64,000 nucleotides of DNA from Paraphysomonas bandaiensis (taxonomy: Eukaryota > Protista > Chrysophyceae): contig CBFFRP010000272.1 in assembly GCA_965644295.1 (NCBI GenBank), positions 28,929 to 92,928 of the forward strand, read 5' to 3'. This document shows positions 1-12,854 of this stretch, piece after piece. The translations under genes and the position numbers were made by a program. The notes below the pieces were generated by a model, which was given only the letters and a program-made list of their open reading frames with translations, was not told the origin of the DNA and did no database searches. Position 1 is the stretch's first letter; each line of letters starts with the position of its first letter.

Positions 1-629
1 TAAATTTCACCTAATCTTATAGTACATTACAGTACACCATCTAGGTCTCATTATTGCTTGCGCATGTAACAGAAAAGCAATAACTGTACCCCAATGAATG
101 AACTGATTATTACTCAACAGCCCAATAGTACTCCAGCTACACACTCTACTACTCTAGTCTCTAGTACCACTACTTATTACCTGACACTAGCCCGGAGTCT
201 CTGGAGCTTAAAGCCATTTCTGATGCAATTCTCTATTTACCACGACTGAGAGCATTGCTCAGTAAGTCGAGCATATCCACTACCTCACCTGCATGGTCTT
301 CTTTTTCCATTTCAAACACGGTTTCATGCTGTAAATCAGCACATGAATCAACGACCTACTCGGACTGAACTTTCACTGCGCATTTCAAATGCTTTTCTCC
401 CCTCCAATACTAATAGGCATTCTGCTTGCTTGCGTCATCTTCAATAACCTCGAGACATACACTCTCCGCTTTTCTACAGGTCACGGGAACCCACTTTTCA
501 CGCTCATTTTGTCGATAATGAGGCATAAACCTTCACAATAGCTCTCCCGCATAGTGATGAAGCTTGCAATACGAACTCACAGTTAATAATGGCACGATTC
601 ACAGTGTATTCGCTCTCTCAAATTCCTTC

Positions 630-791
630 TGTGGGAATAAGTCGATCCAGCAGAATATGTCGATCCAGCAAAAAAATCGACCTTTTTTCGTTATTTCTCT
701 GAAATATATTCGTCAAAAAACAACATGCATCAAAAAAGCCTGGATTTTTTTGCTGGATCGACATATTCTGCTGGATCGACTTATTCCCACA
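630..791. mobile_element. Small MITE-like element with ~49-bp terminal inverted repeats (TGTGGGAATAAGTCGATCCAGCAG...)
   Basis: 630-678 is the reverse complement of 743-791. Termini are TGT...ACA and each arm has two copies of GTCGATCCAGCA. No clear TSD. Confidence 0.7.
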
Positions 792-2172
792 CACAGAATT
801 GTTGCCTTATTGGAATTCCAAGACATCACAATCTAAGTGCGTGGCATTCGCTACTATCTAATTGAAGTTGCGGTTTCTGCAGCACGACATCAAGATTTCA
901 GCTGGATGATGGTATCTTGTTCCCTCAAACCATCCCTATCTGCTCCTTGGAGTTCCAAAACGCTGTTCACATACCAGTGCCTGCCCATACTTCAATGTTC
1001 TGTTCGACGTCACACTTTAGTCAGCCGCATTTGCGATTACTACACAATCACAACTTCACTGCAATCAAGTCAGAGTTATCATCACGACTAAGATTCGTGT
1101 CCTCACAGTGAGTGTTGCCTGGAGTGACACTTCTTTATTGGCATGCTCCATGACAAGACGATGAAAAACGACGCTTTTGTTCTCGTTAGCGCGAAGGGCA
1201 TCCCAGTAGAGCTCATAGAACTCCCATCCATACACTCGTATCCAGAATATACTCCAGAGCGCAAGTAAAATTCCCTTGCCTGACAATCCTGGAGTTTTAC
1301 TTGCGCTCTGGAGCTTGAGGAAGATTTTACTCCCTTGCCTGCAGAGTGTTCGATCATGGAAGACCGCAGTCCTGATCCCTTCTATCAGACATTGCATGCT
1401 CTTACTTGTCCAGATACACTGGATGAAATGATTCGTTACTAATATTCGCCGCAAGAGAATGGATACTTTAAACGAGCAGCAGCATGTGGCAGCTCGAACA
1501 GCCGAACTGGAGACATGACCAGCTCACTGAAACCAATTCATTTCCGTCGGCTGACTTAACACTTCTTCCTGCATCGTTTGTTTCTACTTATTTAGTAATA
1601 TTTTTTGCTATCTGTTCCTTAGTCTTAGTTTGTTTCATTTTTACCAATAACTAACATTCGATACAACGTAACTTTTACTTACATAACCTTTCGACACTTA
1701 GTAACACTTACTTCTATTCACACTTAGTAACAACTTAGTAACACTATATAGATATATCACATACGCACAGTCATTGGCTAATTGTCTAGTCCTGACTGAC
1801 TATAGCTACTTGTTTGATTGTAATGTTCCAATAGTTACCACTTATTGGTGTACATTATTAAGTTTCCGCAAATGCACAAAAGATATGAAGCCAGTAAAAT
1901 GGATAGTTTCAAATATAATTATAATTATTAGCATTCTTTCGTCTGCATGTTATGGCAGTATATATATTTACATATAACATCGTAGGTAATATTGAATATT
2001 CTCAACCTACACATCAGCGAACGTCTCCAAAAAAAAGTCTAAAGCGCTTTCAAGCTCTTCGTCAACTTCATGGGATGGGAGAGGCATCTGCTTGGTATGT
2101 GAGCAAGGGATTAAGTGACAACTGTTAGAATCCTCGGCAGTGAAGATATTATGGTGGGGTCAGGCCCCTTAA

Positions 2173-2556
2173 TTAATAGAACTTTGCATGTTCTAAGGAA
2201 CAGTACACTTGGCTCGCATCCAGCATAGCACTTCCATTACATGTATTGGGCGAATGAGCGAGAAGGGACTGAAGTCTTTGATTTTCGCGTTCCAACTCGG
2301 CTACCCGAAATTTATAAAACTCCAACTCAGCTTTGCTATTCAGCCTACTAAGAGCTGCAGACCTACGATTACGTAGCTTTCTGGACTCTCTTTTCGAGAG
2401 TGCACTATCAGAGGAGGAGGAAGATGTGTCTGAAAATGTTGGTGACGGGGGACATACAAGGACGGGTGCGGAGCGCTTTCCAGCTCTTGAAGCTTTGAGC
2501 TTAACCACCCGGGCACGTCGCCGTTCAGCAGCAAGATAAGAAGAAGTGCACACCAT
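2173..2556 (-). CDS. Small bZIP transcription factor
   Basis: Basic region RKLRNRRSAALSR followed by a heptad zipper (LEFYKFRVAELERENQRLQSLL). Single exon with ATG start. Confidence 0.8.
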   Translation of the reverse strand: MVCTSSYLAAERRRARVVKLKASRAGKRSAPVLVCPPSPTFSDTSSSSSDSALSKRESRKLRNRRSAALSRLNSKAELEFYKFRVAELERENQRLQSLLAHSPNTCNGSAMLDASQVYCSLEHAKFY

Positions 2557-3036
2557 ACAGTTACATTAATATGATGATGTTATGTACCTGAAGATGATAT
2601 TTATGATATTGGAGTGGAGTCGTCAACAAGTGCCACCTGTCGAAAAGTTATGTTGAGGAAATTTCTTCTGATTCTTCCACGTGTCAAATCCTGTGCACAA
2701 CGGACCGTATCTTGAATAGTTTCAATAGTTTTCAGTCGCAAGAGTTAATTTATATCTGCAATAATACACTGCGGTATACCCATGTATACACTAGTGTTAT
2801 TATTCAAATATTCAAAAATCTAACAGCATCTATATACTACTGTATATACTTATATACGTTGTATTTGTATCTCTATACAAGTCAATCCCTCTGTGTGAGT
2901 GTCCTGCTATACGTGCTGTACTGTACATCTGTGTATACATAGATGTGGAGGGTCGTTTGTTTGGCCATGATGACAGCAACATCCCACAGCTATAAACTCG
3001 ATAGAATAGTGGAGACCAATACCGTAACAGGTGCAG

Positions 3037-6000
3037 ATGCTTGTTGCAGTCGCTTTAAGACTGCTTGGGTGTAACGAGATCTCTGATCCGCAGGTGAGTG
3101 TGTTCATATGCATATATATGTGTATATGTAGAGAGACTGCTGCAAAGGAGTATATTAATGTTGTTATCAGGATATCTTCTTAGCTCTAGACTCCATTTCA
3201 CATTTTTATGGTAAAAATGGCGGGAAATCAACCAAGCAGACGATATCATTACTGAGTGAAGTACGAAGCACACTCAATCGAGTGCCTTCATTGCGGAATC
3301 GATCCGCTCGAAATGGTTCAACACCACAACACGATAAGAAACCCATGCACTTTGTTTTGAATGATATTGTGTGGTGTCAGCACGGTGGATGGGGATTTTG
3401 GCCTGGCAAGATATGCTCTTTCACGGATGATGGTTTTCTAGTCGAGTTTGCAAAGGGCCAGCGTACTGCCGTGCACCAAAATGAGGTATCCAGGCGCGTA
3501 CGGTCATTCATTCACGACTTTGAGGAACTTACAAAGGTCTCCACGGTCAATATGGAAGGGTTTGAAGATACTGTGAACAGAGCGTTAAGGTATCTTGCTT
3601 CAGGTCCACTACCGGCTGCTGTCGCTAAGGATATTACGTCGGGAGGTAACTCAGAGAGGTTTGCTCTGAAGGCTCGCCGAATCGCGGCTGCATTTCAGGT
3701 GAGATATATTATCTAGTACTATTACGGTATTGTTTTGTTTTACTTTAATTGTATTCGTTATCGAATAAGTATATGTATTATGCGATGGCTCTGTGAGTGG
3801 TAAGAGGATTGTAGCTTGTATATACAAGTTCATACATTACGAGCGTGCGTACAATTGACATCTGCTCTGTTTTTACGGGTTGTATCTGTATGCATACACT
3901 TCTATTATGTGGAAAGTATGCCACATCCGTGCCTTTATTATATTTTGTATTTACGAAATGTCGTTTGCTGTAGCGCTACTTGGATAGTCTTCACCGAATG
4001 CCTATGTTCGTCAACCCTCAACAGTTGCTGGAGAAGCGTCTTCGCCAAGAGGCCCGAGCAATTGAGCAGGCTGCTCGAGAGGCTGAAGCAGAGGAACGAA
4101 AACGCCGACGAGAGGAGAAAAAACTTGAGCAAGAACGGATTAAAGCTGAGAAGGAGGCGGAGAGACAGGAGAAACGCCGTCTGCGATTTGAAGCGGACAA
4201 GGAAGAAAAGAGACGAATGAAGCAAGAAGCTGCTGAGGCAGCGGCCCGACTTCGTGTACCCTCTGTTCAGGAGATGGTACACAATCTGGAAACTTCGGAG
4301 CCCCTACCTGAAGCTAGAACGGCAAAGAGAACAAGTCGCCACTCATCTGCTGCTGGGGCACATAGTAACTCTGATTCTAATGAGTCTGCTGCTGATACCC
4401 TATTTGTGCGGCTAAAACGATTCAAAGAACTTTCCGACGCTATGTCAACTGGCTGTCTACATGATGTACTAGAGGATATGGAGCGAGACGGAATGCAGAA
4501 AAAAAAGCGACCTCGTGTAAGTAAGCCAGAAGTATCTTCTAAGAGTCCAACTGTGGCACAGTTGCATCTTCCTATCTACGAAGCCTTGTGTATGGGCGAA
4601 CCTGTGGATGATGCTTGTATTATATTTGCACTTGAACAAAATCTCTCCCTTCATATAATTCGTATGCTGTTATCTCGGTATTGTCCTCTGGATTTGTACC
4701 GAAATAAGAAGGGGAAGACCATGATACATATCGCAGCAGAGTTAAATCGCCACAAGGCAATACCCTTTTTAATAGAACACTGGAACAAACGACAAGAGAC
4801 ACTAAAGCTTCTTATACGAACTCTTGATATTACAACTGTGAAGGACTATCACAAGAGGTCCCCCGTGCATTCAGCATGTGAAACTGGCGCGTTTCGGGCT
4901 TTACAAGTACTTGACAAGCTGGGGTATAGCTTGGACGAAAAGGATATGTATGGATATACGCCGCTTTTGTGGTGCGCCAGTAAAGATTCTGCAGAGTGTG
5001 CTTTTTATCTTATCAAAAAGGGCGCTGACCCAAGTACTGAAGACAAGAAGGGCCGATCAACGCTGTACTATGCTGTAGCAGCCGGATGTGTGCAGTTGGG
5101 TAAAACTCTACTTCGCAATGGGTGTTGGATGCGGGGGACTGCCCTACAAGAGTTTGTCGCAGATATGTCTCTCGGCAGAGAGCCGCATAAAATCATATTT
5201 GACTCCAGAAGTATCGATGAATGCCGAGATTACTATCTAAATTCTTCTGAATCATCGACTACATCGAGTCAGGGATCTGAAGACGAAATTGACATATGCT
5301 CACGCAATGGGACGAATCAGGGTACATCGAAGACGAGAAAGCAAAGTTCAGCCGCATTGCTGAATGGAGCAGGCAATAGGTTGAATAACACTAGCCGGAA
5401 CCAATATAAGAAAGGGAAGGGTCCATCATCATATGAAGAGGAAAATAATTCGGATTCTGTATACACTGATTCTGTTGTCTCCATTGATGTTGAGACTGAG
5501 AATTCTGGCAGCAGCGGAATTCGCAGGTCTACTCGAAAGAGAATTCCCGTATATGCTAATTATACACAAGAACTGCGCGAGATGAGTAGAAGAAGGAGCG
5601 GGAAATCGGCCTTGCCGTCCGCTTTCCCCAAAGAATGTAGTAATGGCAGGAACAATGGGTGCACTGTCAAGAATGATAGGAAGAGTTCAACTGGTGCTTC
5701 TAATTCTAGAGATAGTTCCGCACGTGGACGCCCAAAAGGAACTAATCGAGGAGACAGCATACCCGACAACTCTAGCGATAGTGATTATGATAGCAGCGAT
5801 ACCGATTCTCCGAGTAAGGTGAAACAAGTTAAGGCTGGGCGATATAGCAATCGTGTGGTTGCTCTTTCCACGGTAGTTAGTGAGAGTATACTGGAGGTGG
5901 AGTCTGATAAATGGGAGATATGGTAATGTTCATTAAGTCGATTCTGTGTTTAGTGATGCCTTGTGTCTGTAGCGATCACATGGTAGATGTGTGCAAGACA

Positions 6001-6907
6001 ACACCCGAGGTTATCCCTAAGTTTGTCTACGCCACAGAGTCGTACCTGGGCACACCTGCAGAACTTCTTCAAGAAGCTCCAGCATACGGATCATATCTTT
6101 GTTGCTCCTGCGAAGGAGACTGTGCAAGCAACCCCAATTGCCAGTGCATTATGAGGTGAACTCAGCTATTCTATCATGTGGATTGTTGTTAGTCAACCTG
6201 TAATTGTGTAACTTTTTTGTAGGAATGGCCAACGAAGTCCTTATTCTGACGGCAGGATTGATTTTAGCAAAGGAAAAATATTTGAGTGTGGTCCACAATG
6301 TTCTTGCCAAGCGTCGTGTTCACTGCGGCTGACTCAGAAGGGCGTTACGGCCCCTCTGGTTGTGTGCAGAACAGGACCTAAAGGGTTCGGTGTGATGACA
6401 ATGAAGGCAAGGGTGATAGTGTTATTGTGAGTTGTCTAATGGGGCAGTTGTGTAGGTGATATTGAAAGGATCATTTGTGTGTGTATATGTAGGCGAGCGT
6501 GTAACTGAAGATGCTCTTGTTCAACAAGAGAACGAAAAAATGCGAAACCTTAAAAGTCATAGCGGCTTTGTTACTTATGCTTTTCAAATTCACGACGGTT
6601 CTGAGCGTTTCAACCTTGACTCTGAGTATGTATTGTATTCGACTTAGCGTGTATATGTTTGATATAATACCTTTGTAGATACATTGGGAATGTTGCTCGT
6701 TTTTTCAACCATAGTTGCAATCCAAACCTACGCCCTATTAAGGTTGTTGGTGCCTCTTCAGCGAAATCCGTACCGACAATGTGTTTCTTTGCTCTGAGGC
6801 GCATTGAACCGGGTGAAGAACTTACGTGGAAGTATGTAAGTGGAATTAAGGCGAAGAGTGGTCAAATATGTCATTGTGATGCCGAGAACTGCGTTGGTTA
6901 CGTGTAG
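3037..6907 (+). CDS. Histone-lysine N-methyltransferase, SUV39/G9a-type pre-SET/SET/post-SET, with N-terminal PWWP domain and ankyrin repeats (multi-exon; start approximate)
   Basis: PWWP-like DIVWCQHGGWGFWPGKI (~3360). Ankyrin repeats GKTMIHIAA, RSPVHSAC, GYTPLLWCA, GRSTLYYAV. Pre-SET CSCEGDC...FECGPQCSC. SET KGFGV, FVCVYVGE, GNVARFFNHSCNPN, GEELTWKY. Post-SET CHCDAENC, stop at 6905-6907. Introns include 3699-3973 and 6407-6455. Confidence 0.85.
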
Positions 6908-7249
6908 ATGATGTAGTCAGTATCTCACACGACCTGTATGTTTACTTATGCATTGTAAATGGAGTAATTCAATGTTTTGCGAATTCTATTTGTACATAAT
7001 ACTAGTATATCAAGCAGCGTTCTATGTGTGAAATAATAAGACTTTCAATATATGTTGGGACTTATTGCACTGTAAGTAATGCCTCGATAGTACACATTAC
7101 AATCTGTCAACATTGCAACTTATCAAGCGGACTTGGAGCACTGCTTTTCTATTCTAATATTATATTAATTACGCAATGATATATATCGTAAAGAAGTATG
7201 ACATACAGCATCATATCACATTATTCAAGTATTACACTAGCCAAGTCCT

Positions 7250-10200
7250 TCAAAATACCAAGTTAAAGCCACAATCCCTACGTGTCCCTTGGTTCCCTAA
7301 TCCATCGGAACTGGTGCGATAGTCCCAACATATACACTCGCCCGTGGTACGGTCACACTCACCGCGGCCAGCGCATTCTAACAATGTTCCGGAGCTGGCC
7401 TGTCGCTGTGTCACGACCAAAGATGGCGATGCCCCTGTGAGCGTGTTCTCAACGATAGACAAGATGGGAATATCTCCCAGCTCTGTGTTAAACGAGACCT
7501 CCACAACATTTCCTGCGTCATCACACACTCCATCACCGGTATTCGCAGTCGAAGCGTTCGTGGTCACGTTACCAATAGTACTGAGAGATTCTAGGGCCAC
7601 CTCGAGCTCCCCCGCAGTATTATTGGGGTACAGCTTATATGTCGTCTCACCCCGAAATGATAGTGTGAAATATCCCCCAGAAGCTGAGCAAGAAATAGAT
7701 TGAATCTCAAGCGCAGGGGTCTCAGCTCTGGTATCATATCCGTAAGGGCACTGCAAGTCGGACAAAGTATCGCCGATATAAGTTGGAATCATGTGATATG
7801 AATCTACATAGCCATAATCATCGGCATAGCACCCATATCGCATCGTGGCATCCCAAGTTTCCGGCTTGTGATTCTTGCTACCATAGGTAATAGGGAAGGC
7901 ATCACCATTTGCTTTCGTCCTCTTAGCTGCTAATTCTTTCATCGATAAACACCTGAGAAACAATTAGTATATATTTAATACAGTACTTCCGGTGCATATC
8001 ATTCCCACCTTCCGTTACCGTTGCATGGGTTACCCGCAGGAGAACAAGTGGACCTCTCACAGGCTGCCCCCTTCACGACGACGAAAATAAACACTTGGGG
8101 CATAAAAAACTAGGCCCATACCTCATAACCTGTGTCACAGGTGCAAGTACCAGTATCCCTATTACAACGACCCGCGTTTGAGCACTCAACCTCCACATCA
8201 TGCGCAATGTTGTCCACTACAGGCTCCGCAAACCATGCTGGCCCCGTTGGACATGTGCGCATTCTGCAATCACCATAAAAACCCGGATAACACTCACACT
8301 TCCAGTTCCCTTGTGTACCAAAAATCATGATATACAACAACGAGGACAACAGCAAATACCATACCGGTTAGGCCAGTACAACGACCATTACCATAACAGT
8401 CCAAGTAGTTTCCCCATTTCGGTTGATCCATGCCCTTGTCTAGAACAATTCCTAATGGGCGGCCGTACTCCTCCGTCCAAAGGAAGTTCTCATCAGTGTG
8501 GTATATACGATACTCGAAGTCTTCCTCAAAGTTGTAAACCGTTCCTGATGTTCGGTTTCCGAGGGAATTTTGAGTCATATCCATCCACTTAATGCTGAAG
8601 AGAGCAGGGTCCGTCCAAAGAAGCACATCACGTGTGTCATCAATGAACAAATACGTCGGTTCCGACAGGTTAACCTATTAGTGTTACCCAGGGATAGTTA
8701 AAAGGGGTGTGGCATAGTCATTCGCAATGCATACCCACGTGGTCTCGAGTAAAACCGATACATTGTAATAGTCTCGATCCTCTTCCTCAACAACATCAAG
8801 GTAATTAGGTAGATCAAGGTTAGTCACCACGATTCCTTGTGGTTCTGACTGCACATCGAAACATATTACAAGATTCTACAAACACGCAGTGCATACATTA
8901 TCGATAAAGTACATAGTGTTATTCCTCAAGTTTATGGTAATATCTGTGGCATTCGCCGGCATAGTCACATTGTCGATATTACGATACAGAAAGCGCTGCA
9001 AGCGATTGGTTCCATCTAAATCGCATGACCTTAAGACTGTGATTTGGTAACCGCGACTAACATCGTTGTCAACCCAATAAAGCCTTTTCTCCTTGTAGTG
9101 TATGGCGATTCCCATGGGCTCCAACAGGTAGTCTTGACCAATAGTAGGCGTCAGATCGTTGTTGGCCGGTGTAGTTGCATCAAGGTACTCCCAATAAATC
9201 TTGCCATTTGCACCAAATCCATCACCGGGAACGCTCCAGTACAACTGTCGTGTGCCTTACTCAACCAATATAGATGAAGCCCAGGCCATACATACCTTTC
9301 TACGATTGAAATGTGCATCCATTGCAAAGCCAAAGATGCGACCAGTCACCACAAGCCACGACTGCAGCATTGGTCAAGACAAAGCCATATGCATAAGTAT
9401 TACTCAAAAGCAAACATTGTAGCCCCCCACCTCATCTGTCACCGCTGTTCCATTCACATCTAACAGAATACGCCCAATAAAAGGCGCAGCTTCGTTGTTA
9501 TCTACAAAATACAAATAATCGGCCGCTCGATCAAGCACAAGAGGCCCCGCACTACTATTTGTAGTCATGTTAAAGATAATCTACACTCAAAGTCATTGGC
9601 CATTACGGTTGCAATGAATATCATACCAACTTCGAACTCCTGTCTACTCGCGGGTACTTGGAGGAGTGGTCCCAGTAAACCATTTCTGGTACTCGGCCAT
9701 CAGATGTCCAGTCCATCATCTGAATAGTAGAGGACTGCCCCTCTACAGAATCCCTTGCCCTATGGGTTACGCAAGAATTCAGAACAACTAGTTGTACACA
9801 CACTCGCTACTCACCAGGTAGGATTAAACGAAAGGTATATCTTCTCCGGATTCCGCCATGCGCTCCAGTCAGCCCCAGTTGTCCTCGAAATTACTCCAGG
9901 ACATCTCCCCAAGCCTACACCGCGACATAATATATAATGCACTACATTCCCACAAAATAGTATACGTATCCTACCAGCCCAGTCAGATGAATTGAACGTA
10001 GGTTGCCCGCACGGGCCGAAGTCAGGGTCACTCGACCAGCCCTAGAAATTATAAAATCACTAGGTAGCAGAGAATCTTTGTCACGTACATAAGGGCAGGT
10101 ACATTTTCCATTGCTGTAATCACACTTGCCGACATTGTTGCATATACCAGTACCACCATCCCGACCATCATTCGTGTGTAGTGACATAACTAGCGTCGTG

Positions 10201-11482
10201 TTGTCCGTATATACGTTGCCCATGTCCTCGCGATTCACTGCAGAAGTCAACAGCTGCAAAATAGGAAGGTTTCCCAGAGGTGCTTTTAAGACGATTGTAT
10301 GGTTGCGATCAATCGAGTCTTGACAAATTTGAGTGCTGGACTGAATAGCAGTAACTCCCGCACTAAGAGATTCATTGGCAAATGTAATCGATGATGATGC
10401 AAACGTCGCCATAGCGCTGAGTGCAGAATATATCTCGCTTCCTTGAGCAGAAATATCGATTCGAGGTGACATTTCACCTTCGTAAAGAAACTGAAACGTG
10501 CCATCGCAGAGGGAGCTTGTACAGTTACAATTCAGATACTGCGTAGTCTAAAATATATAACATCGCCCATATTACAACACAATCGTATATTGTAAATCAT
10601 GTTTACCTCGAAATATATCTCTGCCCCAGTCATCTTATTCGAATAGAAAGAAACAGCAGGAACATCTCCAGCTTTCCTCACAAACGATATACTTGTATAT
10701 GTAGTCGCAGAAGCATCACACACAGTCTTGGATGGATCGGAAGAACCATCAATCAACACACTGATGGGTGTATACGTCAGAGCGTCAGTATTCGAATAGT
10801 ATCCGCCGCTATTCATCAGTGCTGCTGCGACTTCTGTAGCCGTAGAAGTGCCATATAAGTATGTTTTTGAAATCTTCCCCAGAAATCGGAGCTTAAAGCG
10901 ACCAGAAAATCCGGTCCCCGCTACACACACCAGAGTAACTGTCTCTCTAGGGTTACCACTCACACGTGGATCTACGCCACGATCACATGACTGAGATGAA
11001 CAGTCGTGCCCGGACCATCCAGGGTCACATTGACATCCCATTGATACGTCTGCGTCCCACAATGTGTATGTTGAGGTTCTATTAAAGGTCCATCCATCGA
11101 AGTAAGTGGCGGCATTCCTGAGAGAAGTACAAATACCATGGCCATTGCAATTGTTGGGACAATCTCGCAATTCACAGGCACGTCCAGAATACCCATCATA
11201 ACATTCACATAATCCAGTTGCTGTGTTACACTTTCCTTGACCACTACACGAAATAGATTGATGGGCGCCGTCTTCTATATAGGCCACATCAGCATAACTT
11301 GGACCGCTAGGGCACACCCGCTTTGAGCAGTCACTCGATTCATATCCACTAAAGCATGTACACTGTGCTAGTGTATTGCAGATCCCATGACCACTGCATC
11401 TGTTCTTGCATTGAGCGATCACACAACTCAAACATGAATAAAAAATATAAAAATAAATACAAAATAATCTGATTGATATCAT
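7250..11482 (-). CDS. Large secreted EGF-like (Sig1/Ocm1 mastigoneme-type) protein with central LDL-receptor class B (YWTD) repeats, multi-exon
   Basis: Hydrophobic signal peptide. Two Cys-rich modules (CPSGPSYAD..AH...CSGQGKC, WDA...GCQCDPGWSGHDCS; and CPTGPAWF..AH..ECSNAGRC, WDATMRYGC). YWTD-like repeats LYWSV, LYWVD, MYFID, LLWTD. GT-AG introns join the ORF-track pieces. Confidence 0.8.
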
Positions 11483-11708
11483 ATGAGATTAGAGTTATCG
11501 CTTCATGAGACCCTAGAATACAAGGGAAAAGCAGAGTTCCTTTCACCTCTTGTGTGTATCTCTCTCAGTGTCTATGTATGTCTCTATGGATCATGTACAG
11601 CAGAGTATCTCCATATATATGTATGTATGTATATGTACCTATGAGCCTTCTCATATTCCGTTTTACTGGCCCTACTGTAGAATACTGCAGAGAAAAGCAT
11701 GCATTATA

Positions 11709-12854
11709 CAGTTGACTCGCGTTATGGTGGACGATATATGGTGGATACTTTCGCTATTGTGGATGAATTTAGGCATAAAATCCACGATTTATATATAAAC
11801 CTATAGTTTTTTAATGGAATACCCCTATTTTTGGTTTATTTTTGTAGACAAAGCACAATTATATGTGCTGTATATAATAACCCATTGCTTATATATATAT
11901 ACTTACATCACATCACTGCATCTGTTCGTCTGCTGTATGTAGCGATGTCAGATGAATGCAGCATTGGTACCAAGCGCAAGTTATCGTTGTGTAGTTTCTC
12001 GGATGTGCAGAAATGTAGCTTTGTCATTTCAAATCCCATCAATCAATTCGTTGCGTACAAGAAGAACATTTTCAGCCGTTCAGCACTAAATAACTGGATT
12101 AAAGCCTGGAATGATGGGACACTGAAGGTTGAAATTGCACAGGCCACAAGAAGCAAAGGAAGGGTTCATTTCCTGAGGTGGCGAGAAAACTTGTTGAGTA
12201 CATTAATGTTCGCCATGAGCACTACAAAATAGATAAGGCAGCTTGAGCTGGTTCTATCTGCAGCAGAAGGCTAAGGACTGTGCAAAGATTTGCCAGACTA
12301 AGAAGCAAGTAATGCACATGCTTGACATTTTTGTACTGTATAGATAGCCTATGCAGATGATGAAACGCTGAGTTCTTTTCAAGCTTCATCTGGTTGGCTG
12401 AGCAATGTGTTTAAGTCGGAATAGTTATGTTCATATGAATCTGCATGGAGAAGCTAATGAAATCAGCGATGCTGACGCAGCAGTTGCTATGGAAGAGTTC
12501 AACCAGAAGTTGGGTGAATTATGTGAAATTAATGATGTACCAATGCATGAATTTTCAACGTCGACCAAGCTGGGCTGCAGGCGGAATTGAGTAAGACTAT
12601 ACGCGGAGCGAAACAAAAGAAAGACAAGGAGCGTGTGACAGTTATGATTTGTTCTTCACCCTATAAAAAGGTTCCACTGGCACTCATTTTTTTTTCTCGT
12701 TGGCTTCCCAATGAGTGCCAGTGGAACCTTTTCAGAACGTGAAGAACAAATCATAATTGTCGCTAAAACCTGGGTTTTCTAATGGTGGATAATCTCGGTT
12801 TGATGGACAGTTTTGCTTATGGTACACACCGTCCACCATAGCGTGAGTGCACTG
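11709..12854 (+). mobile_element. Internally deleted pogo/Tigger-like (Tc1/mariner superfamily) DNA transposon with pseudogenised transposase
   Basis: Imperfect 25-bp TIRs (CAGTTGACTCGCGTTATGGTGGACG / CGTCCACCATAGCGTGAGTGCACTG) flanked by TA. Transposase remnants FQASSGWL, NLHGEA, FNVDQAGL, KERVTVMIC, KVPLALI, interrupted by stops and frameshifts. Confidence 0.85.

Noticed and set aside
190-1560. Decayed coding-like sequence, possibly an old transposon
   Set aside because: Only short broken ORFs and no recognisable motif, so it cannot be assigned.
2173-2556. bZIP as an aureochrome
   Set aside because: No LOV domain (NCRFLQ motif) follows the zipper.
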